Counted from the first letter of the stretch, positions 30,232 to 41,103 are shown. The stretch: DNA of 64,000 nt from Candidatus Heimdallarchaeota archaeon (GCA_019057815.1 JAHLWR010000010.1:1-64000); one strand, 5' to 3'. Translations and numbers: made by a program. The notes: generated by a model from the letters alone, not told the origin.

Positions 30232-32070
30232 TTGATAATGATGATTAAATTAGAAATGGAAAACATTGGTGGGCTTAGAGGGCATTACGAGTTCTCATTA
30301 GATCTAGGATTGAATATTCTCGAAGCTCCTAATGCAACAGGAAAAACTAGTATTATAAATGGAATTAGAATATTAATTCTTCCATCAAATCATTTAAAGA
30401 ATTTAAGACATTTTCTTAATCTTATGGTCAAAGATGGAAAAATTAGCGCAAAAACTGAACAAAATCTGTACTTGAGAGAGATTCATGAAACTGGAGGAAA
30501 TCTTTTTGTTAGTGGTAACACCTTATTTGAAGTTGATGAGAAAGCCGATGTATTAGCTGTAGCTCATCGTGAAAATGAACTTCTAAATCTTGTAGTTCAA
30601 GGAAAATCTCTAAAACCTGTATTGGATAAATTTTCTGATTCAAAATACTATAGATCTGCTTCACAAATACTTAACTGGAAACAAAAAGCTACCTTAAATG
30701 AATTAAAAAATTATAGAGATGAACAGAGAAGATTAGATGAATACAGAAAGCAACTTACTGACCTTCAGAAGAAGAAACAAGGTTTAATATATGAGCAAAA
30801 GCAAATGGAAGAAATACCGAGTGCAAGTGCAGCAGATATGATGGAAAAACAAACAAAATTAAGGGAACTTACAGAAACGCAAACAAAAATAAAGATAAAC
30901 ATCCAGAACCTGAAGAATAGATTAGAAGACATTAAAACGGATATTAATGAAAGTAGAAGATTAGAAGAGTACTATGATCAACAAATCGAGGACTTTTCAC
31001 AGAGACATCCTGATATCGATAGAGAAATTAAGCAAATCGATGACAAAGTTTCAGAACTAACTAAACAAAAGAATGAAGTTCAAGCTGACCAAAGAATGAT
31101 AAGTATAATGCTTGAAGAAAGTAGAAAAAATCTCTCTGGTGCACATAAACTTGGAGTAGATGAATGTTTAGCATGTGGAAATAGAAGTTTCTCAAGGGCT
31201 GACGCGGAAATAAGAGTTAGAGATTTGGAAAAGAAATATACTAATTTAACAAAAATAATAGGACAAATCAATATTGAAATTGATCAAAGTCAATTAACAA
31301 TAGAATCATTACAAGAGGAACGTCAGAAGATAAAAACAGAATTTTTCACAAAATTAAATGATGTTAGGCAAAATCTTAAATTTAGAGAAAATGAGCGTAA
31401 GAAAAAATTAAACGAAACTTCATTGGAAGAAAAAAGGCTAAAAGAACTAGAAGTTAAAATCAGTGATGTTGAAAAAGGCTTTGATGAAAATATTCTATCA
31501 TTAATGCATAAACAAGGAGATTTGCGTTACCGAATAGGTGTTAATGATGGAGAAATTAATCGTATTCAAGAAACAATCACTGAACGAGCTGATGTAACAG
31601 GAAATATTCAGCGATTGGAAAATAAATTTGAATTTCTTGGTCAAATGATAACTTATTTACAAAATAAAGCGAAAAGCATATCTGATGAATTGATTAATGC
31701 ATTTAACACAAAAATTAATGAAGTTTATCAAAAACTTGATTTCAAGGATTTTGAAAGGATATATATCGATTCTAACTCATTTGAAGTAAACATAATTCGT
31801 AAAACTAATGGCAACCCCATACGACAACCAATTACATCTTTAAGCGATAGTGAACGAAATACTATTGGTATAATTTCAATGTTGGCAGGTAAAGAACAGT
31901 TTTTACCAAACTTTCCTTTATTTGTTCTTGATGCTGTAACTACGGACTATGATGACACTAGATTCAACTCAATTATTGGCTATTTGGTAGAAAATGTTGA
32001 TTATGTCTTAGTGACCAAGTTAAGTCCTTATGAAACAAGTTCAGAATTAAGAATTAAGCATACTTTTTAA
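30232..32070 (+). CDS. Archaea-specific SMC-related (Sph/Rad50-like) ATPase
   Basis: ENIGGL, Walker A APNATGKTS, long coiled coil with central CLACG zinc hook, LSDSE signature and atypical Walker B FVLDAV. Confidence 0.85.
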   Translation: MIMMIKLEMENIGGLRGHYEFSLDLGLNILEAPNATGKTSIINGIRILILPSNHLKNLRHFLNLMVKDGKISAKTEQNLYLREIHETGGNLFVSGNTLFEVDEKADVLAVAHRENELLNLVVQGKSLKPVLDKFSDSKYYRSASQILNWKQKATLNELKNYRDEQRRLDEYRKQLTDLQKKKQGLIYEQKQMEEIPSASAADMMEKQTKLRELTETQTKIKINIQNLKNRLEDIKTDINESRRLEEYYDQQIEDFSQRHPDIDREIKQIDDKVSELTKQKNEVQADQRMISIMLEESRKNLSGAHKLGVDECLACGNRSFSRADAEIRVRDLEKKYTNLTKIIGQINIEIDQSQLTIESLQEERQKIKTEFFTKLNDVRQNLKFRENERKKKLNETSLEEKRLKELEVKISDVEKGFDENILSLMHKQGDLRYRIGVNDGEINRIQETITERADVTGNIQRLENKFEFLGQMITYLQNKAKSISDELINAFNTKINEVYQKLDFKDFERIYIDSNSFEVNIIRKTNGNPIRQPITSLSDSERNTIGIISMLAGKEQFLPNFPLFVLDAVTTDYDDTRFNSIIGYLVENVDYVLVTKLSPYETSSELRIKHTF

Positions 32071-32099
32071 TCAAATAATTTAGAGCCTTTCCTTCTTCT

Positions 32100-32543
32100 T
32101 TCATATCTTAATTTTGAATGGAGAAACTCCACTACCTCTACTTTTTTCCTTCTTTTTCCTGCATCTAAAACAAAGAGTTTATTTCCTTCTTCTGTAATTA
32201 TTTCTGCTCTTATCACCTCCTCTATTCTTACAGGTCTAAAATTCTCCCTACCTCTTTTCTGTATTTTTCTTTTTCTATTCTTTCTAAATTCTCTATAATC
32301 TTCTCAAATTCCCCCTATCTTCTCTCTCGAACATCATTTTATAATCCTTATACACCTTCTCTATTTTTTGAATTATTTTCTCTTCTCCTATTTTTCATAA
32401 TATCCTGCTATTATTTTATGAAACTTTTTTCCGAAAACTAACCCTTTGTCTTCCTTTACCACTCTTCCTTTCTTTCTCTTCTTAAATTCATACATTTTCG
32501 GACATATACTATATATCTCCACATTTGTTGGATATACCTTCAT
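32100..32543 (-). pseudogene. Decayed PD-(D/E)xK (AddB/Cas4-like) gene fragment
   Basis: Hand translation MKVYPTNVEIYSICPKMYEF..GLVFGKKFHKII, then stops and frameshifts. Confidence 0.4.
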
Positions 32544-32621
32544 CTTCCTTCCTCTTTACTTGTTAGAACTTATCTGAAATACCCCAAGAACCTTTTTCTC
32601 ATCAACCCTTATATCTCTTAT

Positions 32622-34169
32622 TTGATTTTCACCTTGAAGAATGTAATGATATTTTCTTTTATCAAGAATCTAACAAGATTTAATTATGAAAATGACTTAA
32701 ACTATATAATGATCTTTTCCAAAGATGTAATAAGAAACAAAATCAGCTTACTTAACATAGAGCAAAGCATATTTTCAGATGGTGATATTAATAATATACT
32801 AGAAACTCGGAAGGAATTTTCACGTTCTCTCTTTCTTCTATCTAATCTAGAAGAAACTAACATTGATTCAATGAATGAAATTGAAAAATTAATTCTCCTA
32901 TTCAAGGAAATTGTTGGATTAGAACTATTGGTAAGGTTCAATGTAAGAGAAAAGATTAGAAGGATTTTTTCACGGAGAATATCGCTTTTACTCTCCACTA
33001 GAAAAGAACAACTTGAGATGATTCGAAATCAACTAGATGTCTTGTATATTTTAAGAAGTGATGTCGCACATACTTTATCGATAAATAAAAGTGAAGAATT
33101 TAGTTTTTATTATGGAAATGATATAGTTAAAGCAATACATTTTGCAAACTCTTACCACAAATTAGCACTTGTACGAATGTTCTTTACAGAAAAGAAGATT
33201 ATTGACAAGACATCTTTAGTACTAAAACTTAATGAATTTGATAAGCTTTCAAAGACAGATACAGATAAAAAATTGGACGTTCCTTTACCGCAATACAATT
33301 CAATTCTAAGTAAAGAATTATATCGACTTACAGGTATTGAATCAAGTTCTTCAAGACAAGCTTTCAGTTTTAAATTACCTGAAGAAAGAGAGAAGTATTA
33401 TTTAGGATTGAATTCACATGGAGGTTTAATCACACCTGTACATTCTTCTCTAGATAATTTCGAATACTTCTATGGAGATAAAGAAAATTTTACTGCAGAA
33501 TCACGAATTGTACCTTCAACCAAAGTATGGAATGAATTTATATCTCTGATTAAAGTGAAATTAAAGGAAATACAAATCCTAGAACCTAAACGACTAAGAA
33601 TCGTGTCAAAAACGCATAAATCAGTGTTATTCTTTATAGGATATTACTTTTCCAAAACAAAAAACACTATTGTTATATCAGATATTGACGGAAAAGAAAT
33701 TGATCTTAAACCTTATACTATCAATGTTGATTCTGAACAGTATTGGGACATAAAAAATCAAAACTTAAAACGTACTGATTCAGAAGCTGTTTTAATTCTA
33801 AATATTACTGGACATATTGATCAAATTGTACAAAATGAACATGAAAAACTGAATATTTTAGATCTCCCAAAAATTATATGTAAAATAAAATTAGAAGATT
33901 CTGTGTTGAGTCCAACGAATCAAAAGTTATACAGTTCTGAATTCATTCATAGAGCATGTAGAGCTCTTGAGCTTTATCTAAATAATAATATTCAAACCAG
34001 ATCTTTGAGGAAGATTCACCTATTTGTAAAATCCAGAGGTATTTTTACAATATTGCTTGGTATGCATATGAGATTACTAAATTACGAAGTAGTTCATTAT
34101 GAATTTGGTCGTGAAGACATTCATCAGGATAAAGAAGAATATTATCGAGTATTTAGTAGTCTTAAGTGA
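32622..34169 (+). CDS. SAVED-domain protein with an unrecognised N-terminal region
   Basis: C-terminal pattern SVLFFIGYYF, AVLILNITGHI, KIHLFV...ILLGMHM, VVHYEF..YYRVF; likely start ATG 32709. Confidence 0.65.
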   Translation: MIFTLKNVMIFSFIKNLTRFNYENDLNYIMIFSKDVIRNKISLLNIEQSIFSDGDINNILETRKEFSRSLFLLSNLEETNIDSMNEIEKLILLFKEIVGLELLVRFNVREKIRRIFSRRISLLLSTRKEQLEMIRNQLDVLYILRSDVAHTLSINKSEEFSFYYGNDIVKAIHFANSYHKLALVRMFFTEKKIIDKTSLVLKLNEFDKLSKTDTDKKLDVPLPQYNSILSKELYRLTGIESSSSRQAFSFKLPEEREKYYLGLNSHGGLITPVHSSLDNFEYFYGDKENFTAESRIVPSTKVWNEFISLIKVKLKEIQILEPKRLRIVSKTHKSVLFFIGYYFSKTKNTIVISDIDGKEIDLKPYTINVDSEQYWDIKNQNLKRTDSEAVLILNITGHIDQIVQNEHEKLNILDLPKIICKIKLEDSVLSPTNQKLYSSEFIHRACRALELYLNNNIQTRSLRKIHLFVKSRGIFTILLGMHMRLLNYEVVHYEFGREDIHQDKEEYYRVFSSLK

Positions 34170-34177
34170 TTATTTGA

Positions 34178-34795
34178 TCACTTCAACTCCTTTAGAATTC
34201 TTTTACAAATTCGTTCAGGTGACATTTTACACGTTTCTATTACCAATGATACTTCATTCCTATCTAATGTATCTAGAAAAATTTCTCTTTGTTTTAATAT
34301 GAAATCAATAACTATTTTATTCCATTTTTTAACTGATTTTAGCCTTTCAATAAGAGTTTCTTTTTCAGTATCCAAAACAATTTGAATAACTCGTACATTA
34401 GGCAATTTCTGTTTTAATAATCCTTTTTCAGGATACCATCTTTTTTTTTCAGGATTCTTTAGATAGTAGAATGTATCCCCAGATTCACCACCATTGAAAC
34501 CATCTACAATTACTGTGAAACCTTCATCAGTGAAATTTCTTACAAGGTCTAGCGTGTTTTTATCTGCTAGTTTACATTGTTTCCTATATTCACCAGGATA
34601 ATTTCCAGGTTGTAATCCTGTTCTAGATGCAACTAATCCATTGACAACCATATAGCGCAAAATATCTTGCTCTATGAAAACTGAAGGAGAGATTTTTTCA
34701 GCGAGTTTTTTTCCTATAGTTGTTTTACCAACACCTGTTCCCCCTCTGAGGAATATAGCAAAAGATTTCTTATTATTCACCTTTTGTTTCTTCAT
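34178..34795 (-). CDS. P-loop nucleoside/nucleotide kinase-like protein (AAA_33-type)
   Basis: GGTGVGKTT, QDILR, VIVDG and LIERL lid; divergent from the epimerase operon. Confidence 0.75.
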   Translation of the reverse strand: MKKQKVNNKKSFAIFLRGGTGVGKTTIGKKLAEKISPSVFIEQDILRYMVVNGLVASRTGLQPGNYPGEYRKQCKLADKNTLDLVRNFTDEGFTVIVDGFNGGESGDTFYYLKNPEKKRWYPEKGLLKQKLPNVRVIQIVLDTEKETLIERLKSVKKWNKIVIDFILKQREIFLDTLDRNEVSLVIETCKMSPERICKRILKELK

Positions 34796-34905
34796 TAAAA
34801 CACCATCTTCATAATTCTATATAGATTACTAATTACTAATCACTTTGAATGCAAATTTTTATAAAGAATTAGGTCTTTTTTTTATAGTTTAATAGGTGAG
34901 AATCT

Positions 34906-35895
34906 TTGAATATCGTTGTAACTGGTGGAAAAGGATTTATTGGTTCTAGTGTCTGCGATAGATTGTTAAAAGCAGGTTTTAATGTTATTTCAATTGATAA
35001 TAGAAAGGGCGATAATTATTATTCCATGAATTCCTCTATAATCTCAAAGGAGGTGGATATTACTAATTATACTTCATTGAAAGAAATAATTAGTCAAGCT
35101 GATGGAATCATTCATTTAGCAGCAGTTTCTCGAGTGATTTGGGGAGAGATTTTTCCACAAAAGTGTATTGATGTGAATGTCAAAGGTACTCTAAATATTG
35201 TAGAAGCTGCAAAGCAATCTAAAAGAAAACCTTGGATTATTTTGGGGAGCAGTAGAGAAGTTTATGGGGAAACAGATAGAAATCTTGTAACTGAAGATTA
35301 TCTATCAAATCCCATTAATACTTATGGTATTTCAAAGCTAGCAGCAGAATGTTTAGTAAAGCAATATGCTTTACAGAATGCTTCAAAAACAATGATTCTG
35401 AGATTTTCTAATGTTTATGGAGAGCTTTCTGATATACTTGATAGAGTAACACCAAAGTTTATCCTCAATGCTCTTTTGGATAGACCACTAAGTATCCATG
35501 GAGGGAATCAAATCATGGACTTTACTCATATTGTTGATACTGTCGACGCAATTGAGAGAGCTGTTCATTTTATGAATTCCATTTCTGAGGATAAATTTTT
35601 TGATCATTTCCATATACTTCCTGGAGAATCTAACTCTCTTTATGATTTAATTGAGCATATTAAATCAAATACTAGTAAAAATATCAGAGTTGAACAAGGG
35701 AAGAGAAGAGAATATGACGTTGAGAAATTTACTGGAAATCCTGATAAAGCAAAAGAATTACTTGGATTTAAGTGCAAAATAAAATATAAAGAAGGAGTCA
35801 AAAAAACAATGAATCTCTTCGAAAAAGAACTGCAAAACAACAAACCAAAAGTAGTACAAAAATTTAAGGAGGATTCAAAATGCGAATTGCTATAG
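34906..35895 (+). CDS. NAD-dependent epimerase/dehydratase
   Basis: GGKGFIG, HLAAVSRV, YGISK and LRFSNVYG. Confidence 0.9.
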   Translation: MNIVVTGGKGFIGSSVCDRLLKAGFNVISIDNRKGDNYYSMNSSIISKEVDITNYTSLKEIISQADGIIHLAAVSRVIWGEIFPQKCIDVNVKGTLNIVEAAKQSKRKPWIILGSSREVYGETDRNLVTEDYLSNPINTYGISKLAAECLVKQYALQNASKTMILRFSNVYGELSDILDRVTPKFILNALLDRPLSIHGGNQIMDFTHIVDTVDAIERAVHFMNSISEDKFFDHFHILPGESNSLYDLIEHIKSNTSKNIRVEQGKRREYDVEKFTGNPDKAKELLGFKCKIKYKEGVKKTMNLFEKELQNNKPKVVQKFKEDSKCELL

Positions 35896-37103
35896 TAATG
35901 CACGGATTTCCACCAGAATATATGGCTGGCTCTGAGGTTTATTCTTTACATTTAGCATTAGAACTAAACAAAACGCATGAAGTTTTTGTTTTTCATCGAA
36001 TAGATAATCCTTTTTTAAAAGAGTATAAACTAGTAAAATCTGAGTTTCAAGGATTAACTAAATATATGATAAATATCCCTTATCTACCTCATTATTTTGA
36101 AGGAAGGTACATCAATCCAAGAGTTGAAAGAATCTATGAACAATTTCTAAATGAAATACAACCGGATATTATTCATTTTGGTCACCTTAACTATCTGTCT
36201 ACTAATTTGGTTAAAATTTCAAAAGAGAGAGGATTCCAGAACATTTTCACTCTACATGATTATTGGTTATATTGCCCCCGAGGGCAATTGATTAACAGAA
36301 GAGATGAATCTCTTTGTGATGATATTGATTTTGAAATTTGTCTTGAGTGTTTAGATGAATATCTTGTAAATGAAAATAATGCTAAAGACAAAATAAAACA
36401 AAGATTTGATCATATTCAGAAAAATGTGGTTAATTATGTTGATATGTTTATATCTCCCTCCAAGTTTCTTCTAAACAAAATGGTCGAATTAGGGATTCCT
36501 AAAGAGAAAATGGTTTATTTAGATTATGGATTTAATCATGAGTATTTTAGTGATTATAAGAAAAAACCTTCAGAAAAAATCAGATTTGGATATATAGGTC
36601 GTATTATCCCTACAAAGGGAGTTCATCTTATTATTGATGCATTTAACAGAATTACAGATGAGAACACAGAATTGTTTATTTATGGTTCTTCATCAAATGT
36701 TCACTATCTCAAGAGTAGATCTACAAATCAAAATATTCATTTTAAGGGTTATTACAATAATTGGGAAATTGCAAAAGTGTTAGCTGAAATCGATATTCTG
36801 ATTGTTCCTTCAATTTGGTTTGAGAATTCACCATTAGTGATTCACGAAGCATCTTTAGCTCGAATACCCGTTATTGTAACTGACTTGGGAGGAATGGCTG
36901 AATATGTAAAGAATAATGTTAATGGTTTACTCTTTGAGAGAAATAATGTTGATGATCTATTAGATAAAATCATGATGTTTATTAGAAATCCTAATTTAAT
37001 AGATGAATTAGGAAATAATCCTATTTATGTTCAATCTGCTGAAGAACATGCAAAAAGTGTTGAGGAGATTTATTTTAAAATTCTTAAAGGTGTTAATTTT
37101 TGA
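35880..37103 (+). CDS. Glycosyltransferase family 4
   Basis: HGFPP..AGSE, TLHDYW.CP, GRIIPTKG and PSIWFENSPLV..EA. Confidence 0.9.
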   Translation: MRIAIVMHGFPPEYMAGSEVYSLHLALELNKTHEVFVFHRIDNPFLKEYKLVKSEFQGLTKYMINIPYLPHYFEGRYINPRVERIYEQFLNEIQPDIIHFGHLNYLSTNLVKISKERGFQNIFTLHDYWLYCPRGQLINRRDESLCDDIDFEICLECLDEYLVNENNAKDKIKQRFDHIQKNVVNYVDMFISPSKFLLNKMVELGIPKEKMVYLDYGFNHEYFSDYKKKPSEKIRFGYIGRIIPTKGVHLIIDAFNRITDENTELFIYGSSSNVHYLKSRSTNQNIHFKGYYNNWEIAKVLAEIDILIVPSIWFENSPLVIHEASLARIPVIVTDLGGMAEYVKNNVNGLLFERNNVDDLLDKIMMFIRNPNLIDELGNNPIYVQSAEEHAKSVEEIYFKILKGVNF

Positions 37104-38119
37104 AATTGAATAAACTCACTGGTCCTTGGAGAATAACGTTTGATACAAACCCAGATGAGTGTAATATAAGTTGTATAATGTGTGAAAGACAATTCTTAGA
37201 ACGATTAAAAAAGAGAAAAAAACCACGAAGAATGTCTACTTCATTAATTGAGAAAATTGTATTGGAAGGATTGGAAATGGGAGAACTGAGTGAAATTATT
37301 CCTTCCACAATGGGTGAGCCGCTTCTATTTAACAATTTTGATATTTTCTTTGATTTGTGTAATGAAAAAGATCTTAAACTGAATCTAACAACAAATGGAA
37401 CCTTTCCCAGAAGAGACATAGAGGAATGGGGTGACTTGCTTTTACCTGTATGTAGTGACATAAAGATTTCTTGGAATGGTTTAACTAAAGAAACTGATGA
37501 AGGCATTATGCGGGGTAGGAGTCATAATAAGGCACAAACAAGACTGATTGACTTCGTTAAAATTAGAGATAAGCTGAGATATGAAAGTAAAGAAGCTAGT
37601 ACAATAACGCTTCAACTTACATTTTTAGAACAAAATTATAAGGAGATTCCAGGTTTAATTAAATGGGCAATAGATATTGGTATTGATAGAGTTAAGGGTC
37701 ATCATTTATGGATTCATGATCAGAGAGCAGAAAAGTGGTCAATGAGAAGAAGTGAGGATTCAATTAAAAGATGGAATGAAATGATTGCTTCGTTGAATCC
37801 TTCTTATAGAAGAAAAATAAGACTTGAAAATCTCTATCCTATTTCAGCAAAAGAAGAAGTCATTCTTCAAGATTCTGTATGTCCCTTTCTAGGAAGAGAA
37901 GCTTGGATTTCTGCTATAGGAGATTTTAGTCCTTGTTGTGCTCCTGATGATTTAAGAAAACAGCTTGGTGATTTTGGTAATGTAAAAGAAAAGGCTCTTA
38001 GGGAGATTTGGTATAGTGAGGAATATTCTAATCTATGTCTGAATTATGATCATTATTACCTTTGTAAGACATGTAATATGAGGAAAAAACAACAGGATGT
38101 ATATAAGTATGAATCTTAG
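37100..38119 (+). CDS. Radical SAM/SPASM protein
   Basis: CNISCIMC, MGEP and TTNGT; C-terminal C..PCC..CxxC. Confidence 0.9.
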   Translation: MKLNKLTGPWRITFDTNPDECNISCIMCERQFLERLKKRKKPRRMSTSLIEKIVLEGLEMGELSEIIPSTMGEPLLFNNFDIFFDLCNEKDLKLNLTTNGTFPRRDIEEWGDLLLPVCSDIKISWNGLTKETDEGIMRGRSHNKAQTRLIDFVKIRDKLRYESKEASTITLQLTFLEQNYKEIPGLIKWAIDIGIDRVKGHHLWIHDQRAEKWSMRRSEDSIKRWNEMIASLNPSYRRKIRLENLYPISAKEEVILQDSVCPFLGREAWISAIGDFSPCCAPDDLRKQLGDFGNVKEKALREIWYSEEYSNLCLNYDHYYLCKTCNMRKKQQDVYKYES

Positions 38120-38840
38120 AAAAATAATAGTATCAAATGATAATACACACCATTTATTTAATGAAAAACCATTATATGCAAAAAAATTCAAACGTGTTTT
38201 CAAATTCCATCCACCAGGATTAGCACCTGTGTTAGATGAATCAGGAGCTTATCATATAGAACTTGATGGAAATGAAGCTTACAAAGAGAGATTCATCAAA
38301 ACTTTTGGTTACTATTTTGATAAAGCTGCAATAATCACGAAAGAGGGATGGGGTCATATTGACATTAAAGGTAATTTAGTCTATGAACCTATTTATGATT
38401 GGGTTGGAAATTATCAAGATGAAGTATGCACGGTACGAGATAAAAAAGGGAGTTATTTCCATATTAAAGATAATGGAGATAGAGTCTATTCTGCGAACAT
38501 GCTTTATGCAGGAGATTTCAGGAATGAAATTGCTGTAGTTAGAAAGAACAATGGATTATGTACCCATATTTATAAAGATGGAACATCAGTTCATGGAAAA
38601 TATTTCATTGATTTAGATGTATTCCATAAAGGATTTGCAAGAGCAAAAAACAAAGAAGGTTGGTTTCACATTAATGAAGAAGGAAAAGAAATCTATCAAG
38701 AAAAATATAAATGCAATGAACCGTTCTACAATGGGTATGCACTAGTTGAAAACATGTTAGGCAATAGACTAATCATAGATGAAGGGGGGAATTATGTACA
38801 CACAGTAATTGAACTTAGTAAGATAGAGGAAATGAAATGA
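38109..38840 (+). CDS. WG-repeat protein
   Basis: Repeats such as GWGHIDIKG, GWFHINEEG and FHKGFARA. Confidence 0.8.
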   Translation: MNLRKIIVSNDNTHHLFNEKPLYAKKFKRVFKFHPPGLAPVLDESGAYHIELDGNEAYKERFIKTFGYYFDKAAIITKEGWGHIDIKGNLVYEPIYDWVGNYQDEVCTVRDKKGSYFHIKDNGDRVYSANMLYAGDFRNEIAVVRKNNGLCTHIYKDGTSVHGKYFIDLDVFHKGFARAKNKEGWFHINEEGKEIYQEKYKCNEPFYNGYALVENMLGNRLIIDEGGNYVHTVIELSKIEEMK

Positions 38841-40501
38841 ATGATTTAATGACATTAGGATTTTATGGTCCTACTAATCAATGGACACATGATCATTCAG
38901 CAGTATTGACTAAAAATGGAGAGATACATACATTCCTACAATTGGAAAGATTAACAAGAATTAAAAGAGATAATCGAATTGCTGATTATTTAGCTTTTTT
39001 CCTTAAACAATCAGGATGTGATTTTCAGGATTTGGATAAGCTACAAGTAGGTTATGCTAATTCTTTTTCTCTTGATTCTGATCGTTTTTTTAGAATATCA
39101 GAGAACAACATTATGAGTTCAAACTGTGAAGTGGAATTTAAGCATGAAGGGACTGATAAGCTAGAGGAAACAAAAGTTATTGGTAAAATAGAAAAAAAGT
39201 CAGTGGAAGCTACTATTGTTCCCCATGAAATAGCTCATATTTTTTCATGTATTCCCTTTTACGGAAATTTTAAGGATAATTCTTTACTAATCCACGTTGA
39301 TGGAGCAGCATCTATATCAAATGCATCTGCTTGGATATACAAAAATAATAAGTTACAACTTCTAGAATATACAACAAATTTTCATCATGCTCTCCTGAAT
39401 TTTTCCTATAATGATCTAGTTTTTGATATCTTGAAACTTGAGAGAACAAAACACAAGGGGATGCCAGGAAGATTAATGGGTTACTCATCATATGGAAAAT
39501 GCAACAAAGGATTACTGCAATGGTTAAGAGCAAAGGATTTCTTTTTAGAATATGATAAATTTCCTAAAAAGCTATTTCTGAACGAATCAAAGAAGAAATT
39601 CTCATATAATTTAGACTACATTGAGAATAAACACCGATTTTCTTTTAACATTGCAGCTTGTATTCACAAACACTTTGAGAAAAAAATTCTAGAATTTATG
39701 GAAAAACACAGATTAAATACTGGTGCGGAGTTTTTATACTATTCAGGTGGAGCTGCATTAAATATCAAACTAAACAGGGAAATTGTAAATTCTAGGAAAT
39801 TTAAAGAGGTTTATATTCCACCTACCGCTGATGATTCAGGTGTGGGTTTAGGAGCTGCTTTTTATCTGGAATGGAAAAATAAAAATGATCCAATAATCCA
39901 TAATCCTTTTCTTAATAATTTTGGTCTTAGAAAAGATAAACACAACATTAAATTTTCTGTTGATGATGTATGTAAAGATATATCTAAAGGTAAAATTTTA
40001 GGTATATACACTAATAATGGTGAAGCAGGTCCTAGAGCATTAGGACATCGCTCAATAATTGCAAATCCTTGTATTAAAAGCATGAAACAAAAAGTTAGTG
40101 AGGAAATAAAAGGTAGAGAATGGTATCGTCCTTTAGCTCCTATTATTTTAGAAACAGAGTTGGAAGATTTGTTTACTAATTATGTTAAATCACCAATAAT
40201 GTATTTCATGTTATATGCGTTTAAGGTAAAGGATAATAAAAAAAATGAAATTCCTGCAATAGTTCACAAAGATGGTACTACAAGAGCCCAAGTTGTTAAA
40301 AAGGGCGATAAAAATCTAAGACTTCTTGTAGAAATCTTAATAACACTAAAAGATGATTATGATATTCCTTGTATGATCAACACTTCTTTTAATGCTACGG
40401 GTGAACCTATAGTTCATAGTGAAAAGGATGCATTAGATACAGCAAAAAAGATAGGTTTAGAAAGAGTGGTTATCAATAATGAGTATTTAAAATTGAGATG
40501 A
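38837..40501 (+). CDS. Carbamoyltransferase (NodU/CmcH/TobZ family)
   Basis: HDHSA..ERLTRIK, HEIAH, GRLMG, SGGAALN, EAGPRALGHRS, KGREWYRPLAP and NTSFNATGEPIV. Confidence 0.92.
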   Translation: MNDLMTLGFYGPTNQWTHDHSAVLTKNGEIHTFLQLERLTRIKRDNRIADYLAFFLKQSGCDFQDLDKLQVGYANSFSLDSDRFFRISENNIMSSNCEVEFKHEGTDKLEETKVIGKIEKKSVEATIVPHEIAHIFSCIPFYGNFKDNSLLIHVDGAASISNASAWIYKNNKLQLLEYTTNFHHALLNFSYNDLVFDILKLERTKHKGMPGRLMGYSSYGKCNKGLLQWLRAKDFFLEYDKFPKKLFLNESKKKFSYNLDYIENKHRFSFNIAACIHKHFEKKILEFMEKHRLNTGAEFLYYSGGAALNIKLNREIVNSRKFKEVYIPPTADDSGVGLGAAFYLEWKNKNDPIIHNPFLNNFGLRKDKHNIKFSVDDVCKDISKGKILGIYTNNGEAGPRALGHRSIIANPCIKSMKQKVSEEIKGREWYRPLAPIILETELEDLFTNYVKSPIMYFMLYAFKVKDNKKNEIPAIVHKDGTTRAQVVKKGDKNLRLLVEILITLKDDYDIPCMINTSFNATGEPIVHSEKDALDTAKKIGLERVVINNEYLKLR

Positions 40502-40505
40502 CAAT

Positions 40506-41084
40506 ATGTTGATTCTTATTGCAAGGCATGGTGAGGATGTGGGTTGCAATACACCCGAAGAAAAAAGACTTCTAACTAAAAGAGGAAGGAAACAAGCAGA
40601 AAAACTAGGAAAGCTAATTAAACATTTTAATCCAACTTACATCTACTCTAGTAGTTTAAACAGAGCAAAGCAAACAGCTAAAGTAGTAGCAGAAATGAGT
40701 AATTTAAGGTTTAGAATAAATGATTTTATTCACGAACAACAATTATTCAAGGAAGAAGAAGAGCTACAACTTTTAAGAGTTAAAAGAGGATATATAGATT
40801 TTAATGCAACAATCATAAAGGGAGAGAAATACACAGACTTAATATCAAGAGCCGAGAAGGTTAAAAGATGGATACTAAGTGAACACCAAATAAAAAAAGA
40901 TAGAATTGTGCTCATTACTCATGGAAGATTCATGACAGTTCTAATTAGCTTATTTCTGGGTTTTAAACCAGATGGATTCTTTCTAGCTAATTATAACACA
41001 TCTTATGCAATCATAAGAATATCCAGAAATTGGAGACCTATGCTAGTTCTTCCATCACCTGACAATTTACATCTTTTAGAATAA
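40506..41084 (+). CDS. Histidine phosphatase (PGM family)
   Basis: ARHGE, LT..G..QA, SS.L.RAKQTA and ITHG. Confidence 0.9.
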   Translation: MLILIARHGEDVGCNTPEEKRLLTKRGRKQAEKLGKLIKHFNPTYIYSSSLNRAKQTAKVVAEMSNLRFRINDFIHEQQLFKEEEELQLLRVKRGYIDFNATIIKGEKYTDLISRAEKVKRWILSEHQIKKDRIVLITHGRFMTVLISLFLGFKPDGFFLANYNTSYAIIRISRNWRPMLVLPSPDNLHLLE

Positions 41085-41103
41085 ATGTCCATGGGATGGA
41101 AAA

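Noticed and set aside
27867-34169. Type III CBASS (TRIP13-like AAA + SAVED) or Wadjet
   Set aside because: No CD-NTase motif, recognisable HORMA or JetD TOPRIM; the SAVED gene is separated from the operon by an opposite-strand pseudogene
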